A stretch of DNA of 63,662 nt, counting the filler. It is 5 parts of 5 records of this genome, joined end to end, with 100 filler letters (N's around TTAATTAATTAA, not from the genome) between each part and the next. Parts side by side here need not be neighbours in the genome. Positions count along the whole stretch, not along the records: positions 40,955 to 55,559 come from SRR20825006_2957; 4 more parts are not named here. One strand, 5' to 3'. A program made the position numbers and the translations under genes. Positions 43,410 to 53,349 of this stretch are shown here, piece by piece. The first letter of the stretch is position 1, and each line of letters starts with the position of its first letter. The notes below the pieces were generated by a model. It did no database searches. It saw only the letters and a list, made by a program, of their open reading frames with translations, and had not been told where the DNA came from.

Positions 43410-43841
43410 TCAGGTGAGCTTTTTGAGCAGATCGACAAATTGTTTTGCTTCATGCGGGGTCAGCGGGGCAAGCGTGTCTTCGGAAATCTGTTGCATCCGT
43501 GGCAGCGTATCTTCAATCAGAGCACGCCCCTTTTGCGTTGTGGACAACATATAGCGCCGTTTGTCTGTCGGGTCTTTTTCCATCTGGATCAACCCCCGGC
43601 TGATCAATCGCGAGACCACGCCTTTGGTGGTGGCGGCATCCATGCCAACAAGGCGCCCGAGGGCATTTTGCGACATCGGCCCGGCCTCGTTGCGCAGGCG
43701 AAACAGGGTTGAAAATTGCACCGAAGTCAGGCCGTCGACGATATGCTCGGCGAAAATACTCAGGTGGCGTTGGTTGGCAAGCCGGAGCAAATAACCGACT
43801 TGCTCTTCAAGCACATAATGCTGTTCCTGGCTTTCTGTCAT
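43410..43841 (-). CDS. nicR: MarR-family regulator NicR-like
   Basis: EQVGYLLRLANQRH, SQNALGR, D.AT.KGVV.RL and DPTDKR motifs. Confidence 0.75.
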   Translation of the reverse strand: MTESQEQHYVLEEQVGYLLRLANQRHLSIFAEHIVDGLTSVQFSTLFRLRNEAGPMSQNALGRLVGMDAATTKGVVSRLISRGLIQMEKDPTDKRRYMLSTTQKGRALIEDTLPRMQQISEDTLAPLTPHEAKQFVDLLKKLT

Positions 43842-44190
43842 CGGTCTGACGAATCCTTCGACGTTTTTCAGAGCTCCGCGGGGGTGCTATGGGGTTAATG
43901 TGTAAAAACACGCAGGACGCGCAAGCACAAGCCTGTGGACGTTTTTCATTTGGTCCAAGTATTCCACGCATTCGGAAAAGAAACCTAGAAATTCGTGTGA
44001 GGCGGTGTGGATGGCTTTGACGGCTGCCTGTCTATTGATCGAAAGCTGATTAAAATTTAGGCGTGTTTGTCAAATTATAATATTCAATCGAATAATTTGC
44101 AATTAACGTTTGCATGCATACGAATATCTTGCTCACACTGGATCATATAATTGCGCAAAACCGCAAACTCATGGCCAAACATGGGGCAAA

Positions 44191-44679
44191 ATGAAACGCA
44201 CGCTCACTATAACTCTGAACGGGGTCGAGGTCACCACAGAGGTGCCTGCGCACGCACTGCTCTTGGATGTGCTGCGTGAGACCTTTGGTCTGAATGGCCC
44301 GAAATACGGCTGTGGCAAGGCTCAATGTGGTGCTTGTACCGTTCTTGTGGATGGCGTCCCGGCGCGCGCCTGCATGTTGGCGGTCAGCCGGGTTCAGGGT
44401 GCAAGGATCACGACACTCGAAGGTCTGGTTGATCCCGAAACCGGCGCGCTCTCGCCGGTGCAACAGGGGTTTTTGGACTGTGAGGGTGCGCAATGTGGCT
44501 ATTGTCTCAACGGCATGGTGATGGCTGCGACCGCGCTGCTGAAGCGTAGTCCCGATCCCAAAACCGAAGATATTGTTCAAGCTTTGCGTCATAACCTATG
44601 CCGTTGCGGCACACATAAAGAGATCATCGCTTCGGTCAAACGCGCTGCTGAATTGATGCGGAAGCGTGCCAATGCCTGA
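44191..44679 (+). CDS. nicA: Nicotinate hydroxylase 2Fe-2S subunit
   Basis: GPKYGCGKAQCGACTV, QCGYCLNG and NLCRCGTH motifs. Confidence 0.85.
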   Translation: MKRTLTITLNGVEVTTEVPAHALLLDVLRETFGLNGPKYGCGKAQCGACTVLVDGVPARACMLAVSRVQGARITTLEGLVDPETGALSPVQQGFLDCEGAQCGYCLNGMVMAATALLKRSPDPKTEDIVQALRHNLCRCGTHKEIIASVKRAAELMRKRANA

Positions 44680-47600
44680 TGTCGTCCCATCCGCATTGGC
44701 CGTGGTGATCGAGGGCCCAAACGGGCCACACACCTATATTTCCCTCGACGCAAAGGGCAGGGCAACCGGATTTAACGGCCATGTGGATTTGGGCACGGGT
44801 ATCACCACGGCGCTGGCGCAGATCGTCGCGGAGGAATTGGACCTGCCGCTGTCCAACGTCGAGATCGTCCTTGGCGACACGGCGCGCACCCCGGACCAAG
44901 GTCCGACGATTGCCTCTGAGACCATTCAAGTCGCCGCGATCCCGTTGCGCAAAGCGGCCGCTCAGGCGCGCATTTGGTTGGCGGATCGTGGTGCACGGGC
45001 GTTGAATGCGCCGTTGGGGCAGGTCGCGCTCAAAAACGGTGTGGTCCATTGGAAAGACACTCAGCGCAGCTACGCCGACTTGCTTTTGGACCAGAATGTA
45101 ACGCTGACCTATGATCCCGACACGCCCACGAAAGACCCCAAAGACTATACCATCGTCGGAACAAAGACTCCGCGCCGTGATCTTGAGGACAAGCTGCGCG
45201 GGGCGCATCTTTATATCCACGATCTGAACGTCGAGGGCATGGTGCATGGTCATGTCTTGCGCCCGCCCTATGCCGGGCGTGACAGCGGGGATTTTGTCTG
45301 CAGGAGCCTGATTGGTTATGATGAGAGCGCGGTGCAGGACATGCCCGGCTTTATTGCCGTGGTGCGCGAGGCTGATTTCCTCGGTGTCGTGGCCGAGACC
45401 GCAGCCCTGGCTCAAGCGATTGCTGAAGCCCTGCCGACTCGTTGGCGGATGCCGCCGAACCTGCCCGATATGTCAAAACTTGCCGACACCATCCGCCACC
45501 AACCGGCCACGCCGCGTGTGCTGGATGGAACCGGTGATTTCGACACTGCTTTGGAGCAGGCGGATCATGTAAAAACCCGCAGCTATATCTGGCCCTATCA
45601 CGAACATGGCTCCATCGGCCCGTCCTGTTCCATCGCCGATTGGAACGGTGCACAGCCGATCATTTGGTCCGGCACCCAAAACCCGCATATGCTGCGTGGC
45701 GATCTGGCCGAGCTTGTCGGGCTGAATGCTGAGGCGATTGAAATCCGGCGCTATCAGGCGGCGGGCTGTTATGGCCGCAACTGTGCCGATGATGTGGGCG
45801 CGGATGCGCTTTTGCTGTCGCGTGCGGTGGGCAGGCCTGTGCGGGTGCAACTGACCCGGGCACAGGAGCATCTTTGGGAACCCAAAGGGGCGGCCCAGGT
45901 GATGGATGTGCAAGGAGGGCTGAAAAAGGCGCGGCTTGATGCCTATGCGATTGACACATGGTATCCATCGAACCGGGCACCGAACCTTGGGTTGTTGCTA
46001 ACCGGGCGGGTCGATCCCGCGCCGCGTCCCGCCGATATGGGCGACCGCACCATCGTGCCGCCCTATGAAATTGCCAACAAGCGGATCACCGTGCACGATA
46101 TGGCGCCAATTGTGCGCGCCTCTTGGATGCGTGGCGTCTCGGCCTTGCCCAACACCTTTGCCCATGAAAGTTTTATGGATGAAATGGCGTTTGAGGCGGG
46201 CGAAGACCCGGTCGCTTTCCGGCTCAGGCATCTCAAAGACCCGCGGGCAATGGATTTGGTGCGCCGGACCGCTGAGGCTGCGGGCTATGTCCCGCATGAT
46301 GGTCCGCGTTTGCGGCGCGAAGGGCGGATGGCCTATGGTCAGGGCTTTGCCTACGCCACCTATGTGCATGGGCCTTTTCCCGGCACAGCCGCTGCCGCTG
46401 CCGCTTGGGTGGTGGATGTTGCGGTCGATCTTGAGACCGGAGAGACCACCCTGTCGCGGGTGTTTGTTGGCCAGGATCAGGGCTTGGTGATCAACCCGGA
46501 CGGTGTGCGTCAGCAAATCCATGGCAATGTCATCCAGACCGCCAGCCGGGTGATGGCCGAAGAGATCACCTTTGACGAGATCGCGCCTAGGGCACAAAGC
46601 TGGGCCGCCTATCCGATCCAAACTTTCCCCGCTGTGCCCGACATCGAGACGATGCTGATCGAGCGCCCCGATGAGCCGGCTTTGGGTGTGGGCGAAAGTG
46701 CCGCAGTGCCGTCTGCTGCTGCCATTGCCAATGCGATTTTCGACGCCACGGGCGTGCGGATGCGCGAAGTGCCGTTTACGCCCGAAAAGCTGCGCCGGGA
46801 TTTGGCGGTTCAGGCCGGGGGGCGCGTGACGCTGCCATCGACCCAAACCCACCCCGCCAAAAAAAGCCGCAAGATCGGGGCTTTGGTCGCGGCCCTTGGT
46901 GGTGTGTTGACATTTGGTGCGGTTTCAGTGCCGCTGCATCGCAGCATTCCCCCGACAACGCCGCCCGCGCCGGCCACCTTCTCTGCCGAGACCCTCGCGC
47001 GGGGCAAAGAGGTCTTTGCTCTGGGGGATTGTGCCGTTTGTCACACCGCCGAGGGCGGGGTGAAAAACGCGGGCGGCAGAGCGGTCCCAACGCCCTTTGG
47101 CACGGTCTACACCACGAACCTGACGCCCGATCCTGAAACGGGGCTTGGCAGATGGTCGTTCGAGGCCTTTGAGCGCGCCATGCGTCGCGGCATCAGCCGC
47201 GAGGGTCACACTCTCTACCCGGCCTTCCCCTATACCTCTTTCGCCAAAATCGACGGCGCAGACATGTACGCGCTTTATGCCTATCTGCAAACGCTGCCCG
47301 CCGTTTCCTCGCCGACGCCCAAGGCCCAAATGATTGCCCCTGCCAATCTGCGTAACGGGGTTGCGGCGTGGAATTGGCTCTATCACGATGCCACACCTTT
47401 TGCGCCCGATCCGGCCCAATCTGAGGCCTGGAATCGTGGCAAATATCTCGTTGAGGCGGCGGGTCATTGTTCCGGCTGCCACGCGCCGCGCAATGGGGCA
47501 GGAGCGGAAATGCCCAATATGACCGGCGCTGTGGTCGAGGGGTGGTATGCACCGCCGCTTGAAGGATTGGCCAACGCACGGATGAATTGGGACGAGGCAA

Positions 47601-48085
47601 GCCTCTTTGCATATTTGCGCAAAGGCCACGCGCCGAATGCCAGTGCCTCCGGCCCGATGGCCGAGGTGGTCGAAAGCCTGCAAGAGGTGCCCGATCCCGA
47701 CATCCGCGCGATGTCGGTCTATTTGGCCTCGCTGATGGCCCCCGCACCAGACTCTCTGCCTGAAACACGCGCCCTGCCGCGTGAGGCCGATCTGCCGCCA
47801 AGCCGCGCCAGCCGGCTGTTTGAAAGCGCCTGCGCCTCCTGTCACGATCCGGTATTTGCCGACAGCCTCACCGTGGCGCGGATACCCCTGACACGGGCTC
47901 CGGTCTTGCGCGCGCCGACATCCGAGGCGTTGACGAGCGTACTCAACGAGGGCCTGCGCGCCCCCGAAGGTCTTGATCTGCGCGATATGCCGTCTTTTCG
48001 GGATGAGTTTTCTGACGCCGATCTGACCGAGTTGACGCAGTACCTGCGCGCCCGGTTCGCGCCCGATTTGCCCGCCTGGCGATGA
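44672..48085 (+). CDS. nicB: Nicotinate hydroxylase molybdopterin subunit fused to tri-heme cytochrome c
   Basis: GHVDLGTGI, GPTIASETIQ, AGCYGRNCADD and GVGES motifs; CXXCH three times (CAVCH, CSGCH, CASCH), the same architecture as Pseudomonas putida NicB. Confidence 0.87.
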   Translation: MPDVVPSALAVVIEGPNGPHTYISLDAKGRATGFNGHVDLGTGITTALAQIVAEELDLPLSNVEIVLGDTARTPDQGPTIASETIQVAAIPLRKAAAQARIWLADRGARALNAPLGQVALKNGVVHWKDTQRSYADLLLDQNVTLTYDPDTPTKDPKDYTIVGTKTPRRDLEDKLRGAHLYIHDLNVEGMVHGHVLRPPYAGRDSGDFVCRSLIGYDESAVQDMPGFIAVVREADFLGVVAETAALAQAIAEALPTRWRMPPNLPDMSKLADTIRHQPATPRVLDGTGDFDTALEQADHVKTRSYIWPYHEHGSIGPSCSIADWNGAQPIIWSGTQNPHMLRGDLAELVGLNAEAIEIRRYQAAGCYGRNCADDVGADALLLSRAVGRPVRVQLTRAQEHLWEPKGAAQVMDVQGGLKKARLDAYAIDTWYPSNRAPNLGLLLTGRVDPAPRPADMGDRTIVPPYEIANKRITVHDMAPIVRASWMRGVSALPNTFAHESFMDEMAFEAGEDPVAFRLRHLKDPRAMDLVRRTAEAAGYVPHDGPRLRREGRMAYGQGFAYATYVHGPFPGTAAAAAAWVVDVAVDLETGETTLSRVFVGQDQGLVINPDGVRQQIHGNVIQTASRVMAEEITFDEIAPRAQSWAAYPIQTFPAVPDIETMLIERPDEPALGVGESAAVPSAAAIANAIFDATGVRMREVPFTPEKLRRDLAVQAGGRVTLPSTQTHPAKKSRKIGALVAALGGVLTFGAVSVPLHRSIPPTTPPAPATFSAETLARGKEVFALGDCAVCHTAEGGVKNAGGRAVPTPFGTVYTTNLTPDPETGLGRWSFEAFERAMRRGISREGHTLYPAFPYTSFAKIDGADMYALYAYLQTLPAVSSPTPKAQMIAPANLRNGVAAWNWLYHDATPFAPDPAQSEAWNRGKYLVEAAGHCSGCHAPRNGAGAEMPNMTGAVVEGWYAPPLEGLANARMNWDEASLFAYLRKGHAPNASASGPMAEVVESLQEVPDPDIRAMSVYLASLMAPAPDSLPETRALPREADLPPSRASRLFESACASCHDPVFADSLTVARIPLTRAPVLRAPTSEALTSVLNEGLRAPEGLDLRDMPSFRDEFSDADLTELTQYLRARFAPDLPAWR

Positions 48086-48251
48086 CTTCGGCTTTGAACA
48101 GGTCATTGATCGTCTCGGCCCGCGCGCTATCGACCTCGGTCTTCTTGACCCAGTCGTTCAGGGTGTGAGCTGCGCAGCCGATCTTTGCCGCAATTGGCAT
48201 GATCGTCGGCCAACGCGATCCGTCCTGACTCGTGTTGTCGAGGACCAGCCG
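48081..48251 (-). mobile_element. IS3-family transposase relic (orfA fragment joined to orfB fragment)
   Basis: RLVLDN...SRWPTIMPIAAKIGCAAHTLNDWVKKTEVDS (OrfA-like) runs directly into AETINDLFKAEVI (OrfB catalytic-Glu region). Confidence 0.8.
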
Positions 48252-48435
48252 CCCATCACCGTTCGCCCGGCTGAGGGCGGCGATGATCTCGCTGCATCAT
48301 AAAAGAGCGGGCCTTTGTTTGGCCTCGGTTGACCGTTTCCGTGTCGCTGGCATGGGACGGTGCCTTCGTTTCACGCATTACGGATCGCGGACCCAAGATT
48401 GTGCGGAACTGCAAGGGGACGATAGCCACTTTCGT

Positions 48436-49347
48436 TCACGGTGTCTTCCACGGCGCGCCATCAGCCAACTCATCCGCCAAAAAGTCGATCAGTGCCCTCA
48501 ATTTTGCGGGCATCGGGTGAATGTGTGGCCAAACAGCGCTGATCGGCATATCGCGGGTTGTGGCCTCGGGCAGGACCTGCTCAAGCTGCCCCGACGCGAT
48601 GGCGGGGAATGCGATGAAACCCGGCAGCATGGCGAGACCAATCCCGGAAATTGCGAGATCACGCATGGTTTCACCATTGTTGACCATGGCGGCTTCACGG
48701 ACGGCCGGATGCACGTCGCGACGACCGGTGCGAAACCGCCACAGCGTGGAATTTGGCATGTGGCTATAGCCGATAACGGGCTGACCAGTCAGATCCAGCG
48801 GCGTTTCGGGTCGGCCATGACGGTCAAGATACGCGGGAGAAGCGCAGGCAACCGAGACATCGTTGCAAAGTTTCCTGGCCATTAGCGCGCTGTCCTGCAA
48901 CGGACCGATCCGAACGGCGAGATCGAAACCCTCACGCGCCAGATCCACTGTCCTGTCGTCATATTCGATACGCAGGCTCAATGCGGGATTTTGCGCGGCA
49001 AACTGTCCAAGGATCAAAGAGAGGTGCAGTGTGCCAAAACTCATGGGCGCGGCAATCGACAAGGTTCCGCGCAGCTGTTCTGTACTGCCCCAGGCCGCCG
49101 CTTCGGCGGCGGAGCGCAAATCGGCGAGTGCGGGGCGGATACGCTCGGCAAATCTCTGAGCGCTTTCTGTTGGGGCGATCCGGCCGGCATTGCGCCGAAA
49201 CAGGGCGGTTCCCAATTCAAGCTCCAAGTCGCTGATCCGTTTGCTGATCACGGATTTCGACAGGTTGAGCCGCGCGGCGGCCGCCGTCACGGTTCCGAGT
49301 TCGAGAACGGCGAGGAACGTTTCCAGTTGGTCGAGATCATAACGCAT
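48436..49347 (-). CDS. LysR-family regulator
   Basis: TVTAAAARLNLSKSVISKRISDLE HTH; DLAREGFDLAVR. Confidence 0.92.
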   Translation of the reverse strand: MRYDLDQLETFLAVLELGTVTAAAARLNLSKSVISKRISDLELELGTALFRRNAGRIAPTESAQRFAERIRPALADLRSAAEAAAWGSTEQLRGTLSIAAPMSFGTLHLSLILGQFAAQNPALSLRIEYDDRTVDLAREGFDLAVRIGPLQDSALMARKLCNDVSVACASPAYLDRHGRPETPLDLTGQPVIGYSHMPNSTLWRFRTGRRDVHPAVREAAMVNNGETMRDLAISGIGLAMLPGFIAFPAIASGQLEQVLPEATTRDMPISAVWPHIHPMPAKLRALIDFLADELADGAPWKTP

Positions 49348-49367
49348 AGGGGAGGAATACCCGTGTC

Positions 49368-49384
49368 GTTCGCATTTGTCGAAC
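49368..49384. promoter_or_regulatory. Putative LysR recognition site
   Basis: GTTCG-CATTTGT-CGAAC palindrome containing T-N11-A, in the divergent intergenic region. Confidence 0.65.
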
Positions 49385-49459
49385 GCCATGTGCGGCATTG
49401 GCTGTCTGGATAGAACCGTGTCCCGTCCCCAAATTCGACGCAACGAAAGGAGGCCGATC

Positions 49460-50401
49460 ATGCAACTTACCGGTATACATCACCTGACGGCCATCACCGC
49501 CGATGCGCCCGCAAACAATCGCTTTTATACCGAAACTTTGGGAATGCGGCGGGTCAAAAAGACCGTCAATCAGGACGACACCTCTGCGTATCATTTGTTC
49601 TTTGCCGATGGCGCGGGCCGCCCTGGAAGCGACCTGACCTTTTTTGACTGGCCGGTTGCGCCCGAACGGCGTGGCACGCATTCGATCAGCCGTACTGGTT
49701 TGCGGGTGGCTGAAAACAGTCTGGAGTATTGGGCCAATCGCTTGCGCGATGCCGATCTGACGGTTGGAGAGATTGCCGCACTTGACGGGCGCGCAAGCCT
49801 CGACTTCGAAGATCCCGAAGGTCAAAGGTTTCGCCTGATCGCGGATCAACCGGGAACGGCCCATCCTTGGGATCGCAGCCCGGTTCCGGCGGCCTACCAG
49901 ATCCGGGGTCTGGGTCCGATCACGATCTCCGTGCCCGATCTTACGGCAACAGATCTGATCCTGACCAAGGTCATGAACATGGGGAAACTCCGGGAATACG
50001 CCAGCCCTGATGGCGTCGGGCAAGTCCATGTCTATCGCATGGGCGATGGTGGCCCATCGGCGGAACTGCATGTCGCGGTCCAGCCGGATCTGCCGGTGGC
50101 CCGTCAAGGGGCGGGTGCGGTGCACCATGTCGCTTTTCGCGTGCCGGATGTACCGACGCTCCACAGGTGGGCGCAACGGTTGAATGACTTTCACGTGCCG
50201 TCCTCCGGCGAGGTCGAACGGTATTACTTCCGCTCGCTCTATTTCCGCGAGCCAGGCGGCAATCTGTTCGAAATCGCCACAGACACACCCGGTTTTGCCG
50301 TGGATGAGCCGTTCGAGACCATGGGCGAGTCACTGTCCCTGCCGCCCTTCCTCGAAACGCGGCGGGATCACATTGAGGCGGGATTGAAGCCGCTGGACTG
50401 A
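49460..50401 (+). CDS. VOC-family ring-cleaving dioxygenase (MhqO/PcpA/LinE-like)
   Basis: GIHHLT, KKTVNQDD, VHHVAF, RYYFRSLYFREP and FEIATD motifs; AGGAGG RBS. Confidence 0.9.
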   Translation: MQLTGIHHLTAITADAPANNRFYTETLGMRRVKKTVNQDDTSAYHLFFADGAGRPGSDLTFFDWPVAPERRGTHSISRTGLRVAENSLEYWANRLRDADLTVGEIAALDGRASLDFEDPEGQRFRLIADQPGTAHPWDRSPVPAAYQIRGLGPITISVPDLTATDLILTKVMNMGKLREYASPDGVGQVHVYRMGDGGPSAELHVAVQPDLPVARQGAGAVHHVAFRVPDVPTLHRWAQRLNDFHVPSSGEVERYYFRSLYFREPGGNLFEIATDTPGFAVDEPFETMGESLSLPPFLETRRDHIEAGLKPLD

Positions 50402-50504
50402 CCTTTTGAAGAGCTGCCGATTCCGGCGGCTCTTTGCATGCACAGCAAAGTTGCTAACCATTCGATAATTTTGCAAGATTTCAGGATGAGCAGGGGACGT
50501 AGCA

Positions 50505-51695
50505 ATGACTGAATTTCCAATCTGGCGAAAGCCGCAACACCACATGGATGCGGAAAACCCGACAAACCACGTTCATTGGGTCGAATTGTTCTTTGATCTC
50601 GTCCATGTGGTCACAATTTTCCTGTTGGGGAATTTCCTGTCGCATCACTTGGACTGGCACGGGTTCCTGATCTTCACGGGCCTCTTCATCGCGTTTTTCT
50701 ATGCGTGGGCCGATAGTTCAATCTATAACTCGCTCTACATCTCCACTGATATTCCCCATCGCCTTATCATGGCGGCCCAAATCGTGACTGTCATGTTCTT
50801 TGCCGCCTCCCTGAATGCGGTGACCGGCAAGGGTTGGGTCTATTTTGCACTGGCATTCGCCGCCAACCGCGGGTTGACCGGATTGCTGTATTGGCGCGCG
50901 CGCGGCGGCGAGAACGATCGCTGCGGCTTGGCCTACGAACAAGGACGAAACTTTTTCATCCTCGCGATTGTATTCGCCCTATCCGCCTTCTTGCCAAAGC
51001 CCTTGGCCTATTGGCTGTTTGGTGCAGGGCTTATCGCCATCCAACTGCAATACATGTTGCCAAAGATAGGCACGCTGAGGTTGGAGCGTTTCGTGCCGCG
51101 ACTTGGCCATATCTCCGAACGTTTCGCCCTGATCATGCTGATCCTGCTCGGTGAGGGGTTCTTCAAGATGGTTGTTACACTGTCTGACAAGGGCATCTAT
51201 AAACTCGGGGCTGGGGCCTTATTGAACATGGCCATCGGTGGCCAGTCGCTTTTTGCCATGGCCTGGGTCTATTTTGATGGTGTCGGCAACGCAAAGCCGA
51301 AATCCCGCATGTTGGGGACGTTGCTGGGGTACTGGTTCGGTCACATCGTTCTGATGTGGTCAACGGTCATGGTCGGTGTGGCGTTGGCCGGGGAAATCTA
51401 TGTCGGCATTCTGGCCCCATACCCATACGACTATGGCATCATCGGAACCGTTGGCCTGAGCGTCTTTCTGGCATCGATCTGGCTGTTGCAACAGCTTGTC
51501 GAAGGGCGCGATACCACGCGTCGGCATTCTCATGGCGGCGTGCGTCTGTTTGGGATCGCTGTGACGGTCGTCCTGCTTCTGGTTCTGCCCCATGTGCCAG
51601 CCATCGTGGGCAACACTCTGTTTGGGACCGCGCTTTTCTCACAGATCGCCTGGCCACTTAGCATTGCCCTTCGCGAAAGACGTGCCAAGAGATGA
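50505..51695 (+). CDS. Low-temperature requirement A (LtrA)-family membrane protein
   Basis: WVELFFDLV and HISERFALIMLILLGE motifs; multiple TM segments. Confidence 0.8.
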   Translation: MTEFPIWRKPQHHMDAENPTNHVHWVELFFDLVHVVTIFLLGNFLSHHLDWHGFLIFTGLFIAFFYAWADSSIYNSLYISTDIPHRLIMAAQIVTVMFFAASLNAVTGKGWVYFALAFAANRGLTGLLYWRARGGENDRCGLAYEQGRNFFILAIVFALSAFLPKPLAYWLFGAGLIAIQLQYMLPKIGTLRLERFVPRLGHISERFALIMLILLGEGFFKMVVTLSDKGIYKLGAGALLNMAIGGQSLFAMAWVYFDGVGNAKPKSRMLGTLLGYWFGHIVLMWSTVMVGVALAGEIYVGILAPYPYDYGIIGTVGLSVFLASIWLLQQLVEGRDTTRRHSHGGVRLFGIAVTVVLLLVLPHVPAIVGNTLFGTALFSQIAWPLSIALRERRAKR

Positions 51696-52663
51696 CCGGG
51701 ACCGCCTCTCATGTACGGCATCGGGTTTATCAGACCCTGGAAAACCCCAGTCGCACTGACCGGGCGTCTTGGGCGATTGAGATTGGTCTGATCCTTCTCA
51801 TCTTTGCCAGCGTCACTGCAGTGGCACTGGAAACCGTGCCAAGCCTGTTCGCACGTTATCGGGTTGAGTTTCGCCGCTTTGATCTCTTTGTTACCCTCGC
51901 CTTTTCCGTGGAATATGTCGCACGGGTCTGGGCCGCGCCCGAAGCCCGGCCGGACGAGCCCGCGTGGCAGGCCAGACTGCGCTACATGCGCTCTCCGATG
52001 GCGGTGATCGACCTTGTCGCGATCCTGCCTTTCTATCTGACGCTTCTCATGCCGCTGGATTTTCAACTCTTGCGCGTTTTGCGGCTGTTGCGCATCTACA
52101 AGCTGACCCGGTATTCGCCAGCGCTGTCCGTTCTGATGGCGGTGATCCGGGAGGAGGCGGCGACGCTTTTGGCCGCCTTTTCGATCCTGACGATCCTGCT
52201 CATATTCGCCGCTGCCGGTGCCTATATGGTCGAACACGAGGCACAGCCGGATGCCTTCGGTTCTGTTCCCGCCGCGATGTGGTGGTCGATGGTCACGCTG
52301 ACGACCGTCGGATACGGTGATGTCACGCCAATCACGCCGCTGGGGCGGGTATTTGGTGGGGCGATCACCATTTTGGGCGTCGGCATGGCCGCGCTTCCCG
52401 CCGGTATCATCGCCAGCGGTCTGGCCGATCATCTGCATCGCCGCCGCGATCTGTTGCGCGAGGAATTCCGCTGTGCGCTTGAAGACGGGCAAATCGACTT
52501 GGGCGAAGGTCGCAAGATCGAAAAGCTTCGCCGTGACCTTGGCATCAGCAGAGAAATCGCCCACAGCATCCATCAGGACGTGCGGCGCAAGCAGGTTCAA
52601 CGATCCCAATGCACATGCCCTCAATGTGGGTATGAATTCCAACACATAGGAGATGAAGAATGA
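51692..52663 (+). CDS. 6-TM voltage-sensor-type K+ channel
   Basis: S4 LRVLRLLRIYKLTRY, selectivity filter TTVGYGD, C-terminal CTCPQCG. Confidence 0.9.
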   Translation: MTGTASHVRHRVYQTLENPSRTDRASWAIEIGLILLIFASVTAVALETVPSLFARYRVEFRRFDLFVTLAFSVEYVARVWAAPEARPDEPAWQARLRYMRSPMAVIDLVAILPFYLTLLMPLDFQLLRVLRLLRIYKLTRYSPALSVLMAVIREEAATLLAAFSILTILLIFAAAGAYMVEHEAQPDAFGSVPAAMWWSMVTLTTVGYGDVTPITPLGRVFGGAITILGVGMAALPAGIIASGLADHLHRRRDLLREEFRCALEDGQIDLGEGRKIEKLRRDLGISREIAHSIHQDVRRKQVQRSQCTCPQCGYEFQHIGDEE

Positions 52664-53199
52664 GCACAATCCTTGGGATTTCCGGCAGCCTTCGTAAAGC
52701 CTCTTTCAATACAGGACTGTTGCGCGCGGCAGTAGAGGTGACATCCGATGACGTTCAAATCGACATCGGGTCCATTGCCGATGTGCCGCTCTACAATGCC
52801 GATGCCGAAGCCGCCGAAGGTTTGCCGCCGGCGGTGCAGGTATTGCAGGCGCAGCTTGCATCGGCGGACGGGGTGTTGCTGGTTACGCCCGAATATAACA
52901 ACGGCATACCTGGCGTCTTCAAGAACGCGATCGATTGGATGTCACGGGGCGAGGGGTTGAAGCTGTTCGTGGGGAAACCCATCGCCGTGATTGGCGCCTC
53001 TCCGGGCGGGTTTGGTACAATCATGGCACAGAACCATTGGTTGCCGGTCTTGCGAACGCTGAAATGCGATCTGTGGACAGAAGGCCGCCTGATGGTCTCG
53101 CGCGCGGGCAGTCTTTATGATGAGGCGGGCAACCTGACCGACGACAAGACGCGCACGATGCTGGGCGATTACATCAAGGCCTTTGCCGCCAGCCTGTAG
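52660..53199 (+). CDS. NAD(P)H-dependent FMN/quinone reductase (ChrR/SsuE-like)
   Basis: GSLRKASFN and PEYNNGIPGVFKNAIDWMSR motifs. Confidence 0.9.
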   Translation: MSTILGISGSLRKASFNTGLLRAAVEVTSDDVQIDIGSIADVPLYNADAEAAEGLPPAVQVLQAQLASADGVLLVTPEYNNGIPGVFKNAIDWMSRGEGLKLFVGKPIAVIGASPGGFGTIMAQNHWLPVLRTLKCDLWTEGRLMVSRAGSLYDEAGNLTDDKTRTMLGDYIKAFAASL

Positions 53200-53228
53200 G
53201 CCGGGAGCCGGGCTTTCCCGCTCCCGGC
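53200..53228. terminator. GC-rich hairpin between convergent genes
   Basis: GCCGGGAGCCGGG-CTTT-CCCGCTCCCGGC; no clear U tail. Confidence 0.5.
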
Positions 53229-53349
53229 ACCGGCAACCGGATCGACGTGCTGCCCTTCGGTCTGCCGGACGTTGGAAATGTCAGGCAGACCCCACCCCGG
53301 TCTGATTGATCTCCGTCACGCCTGACAATTCGGCCATGACCTCTTCTCC

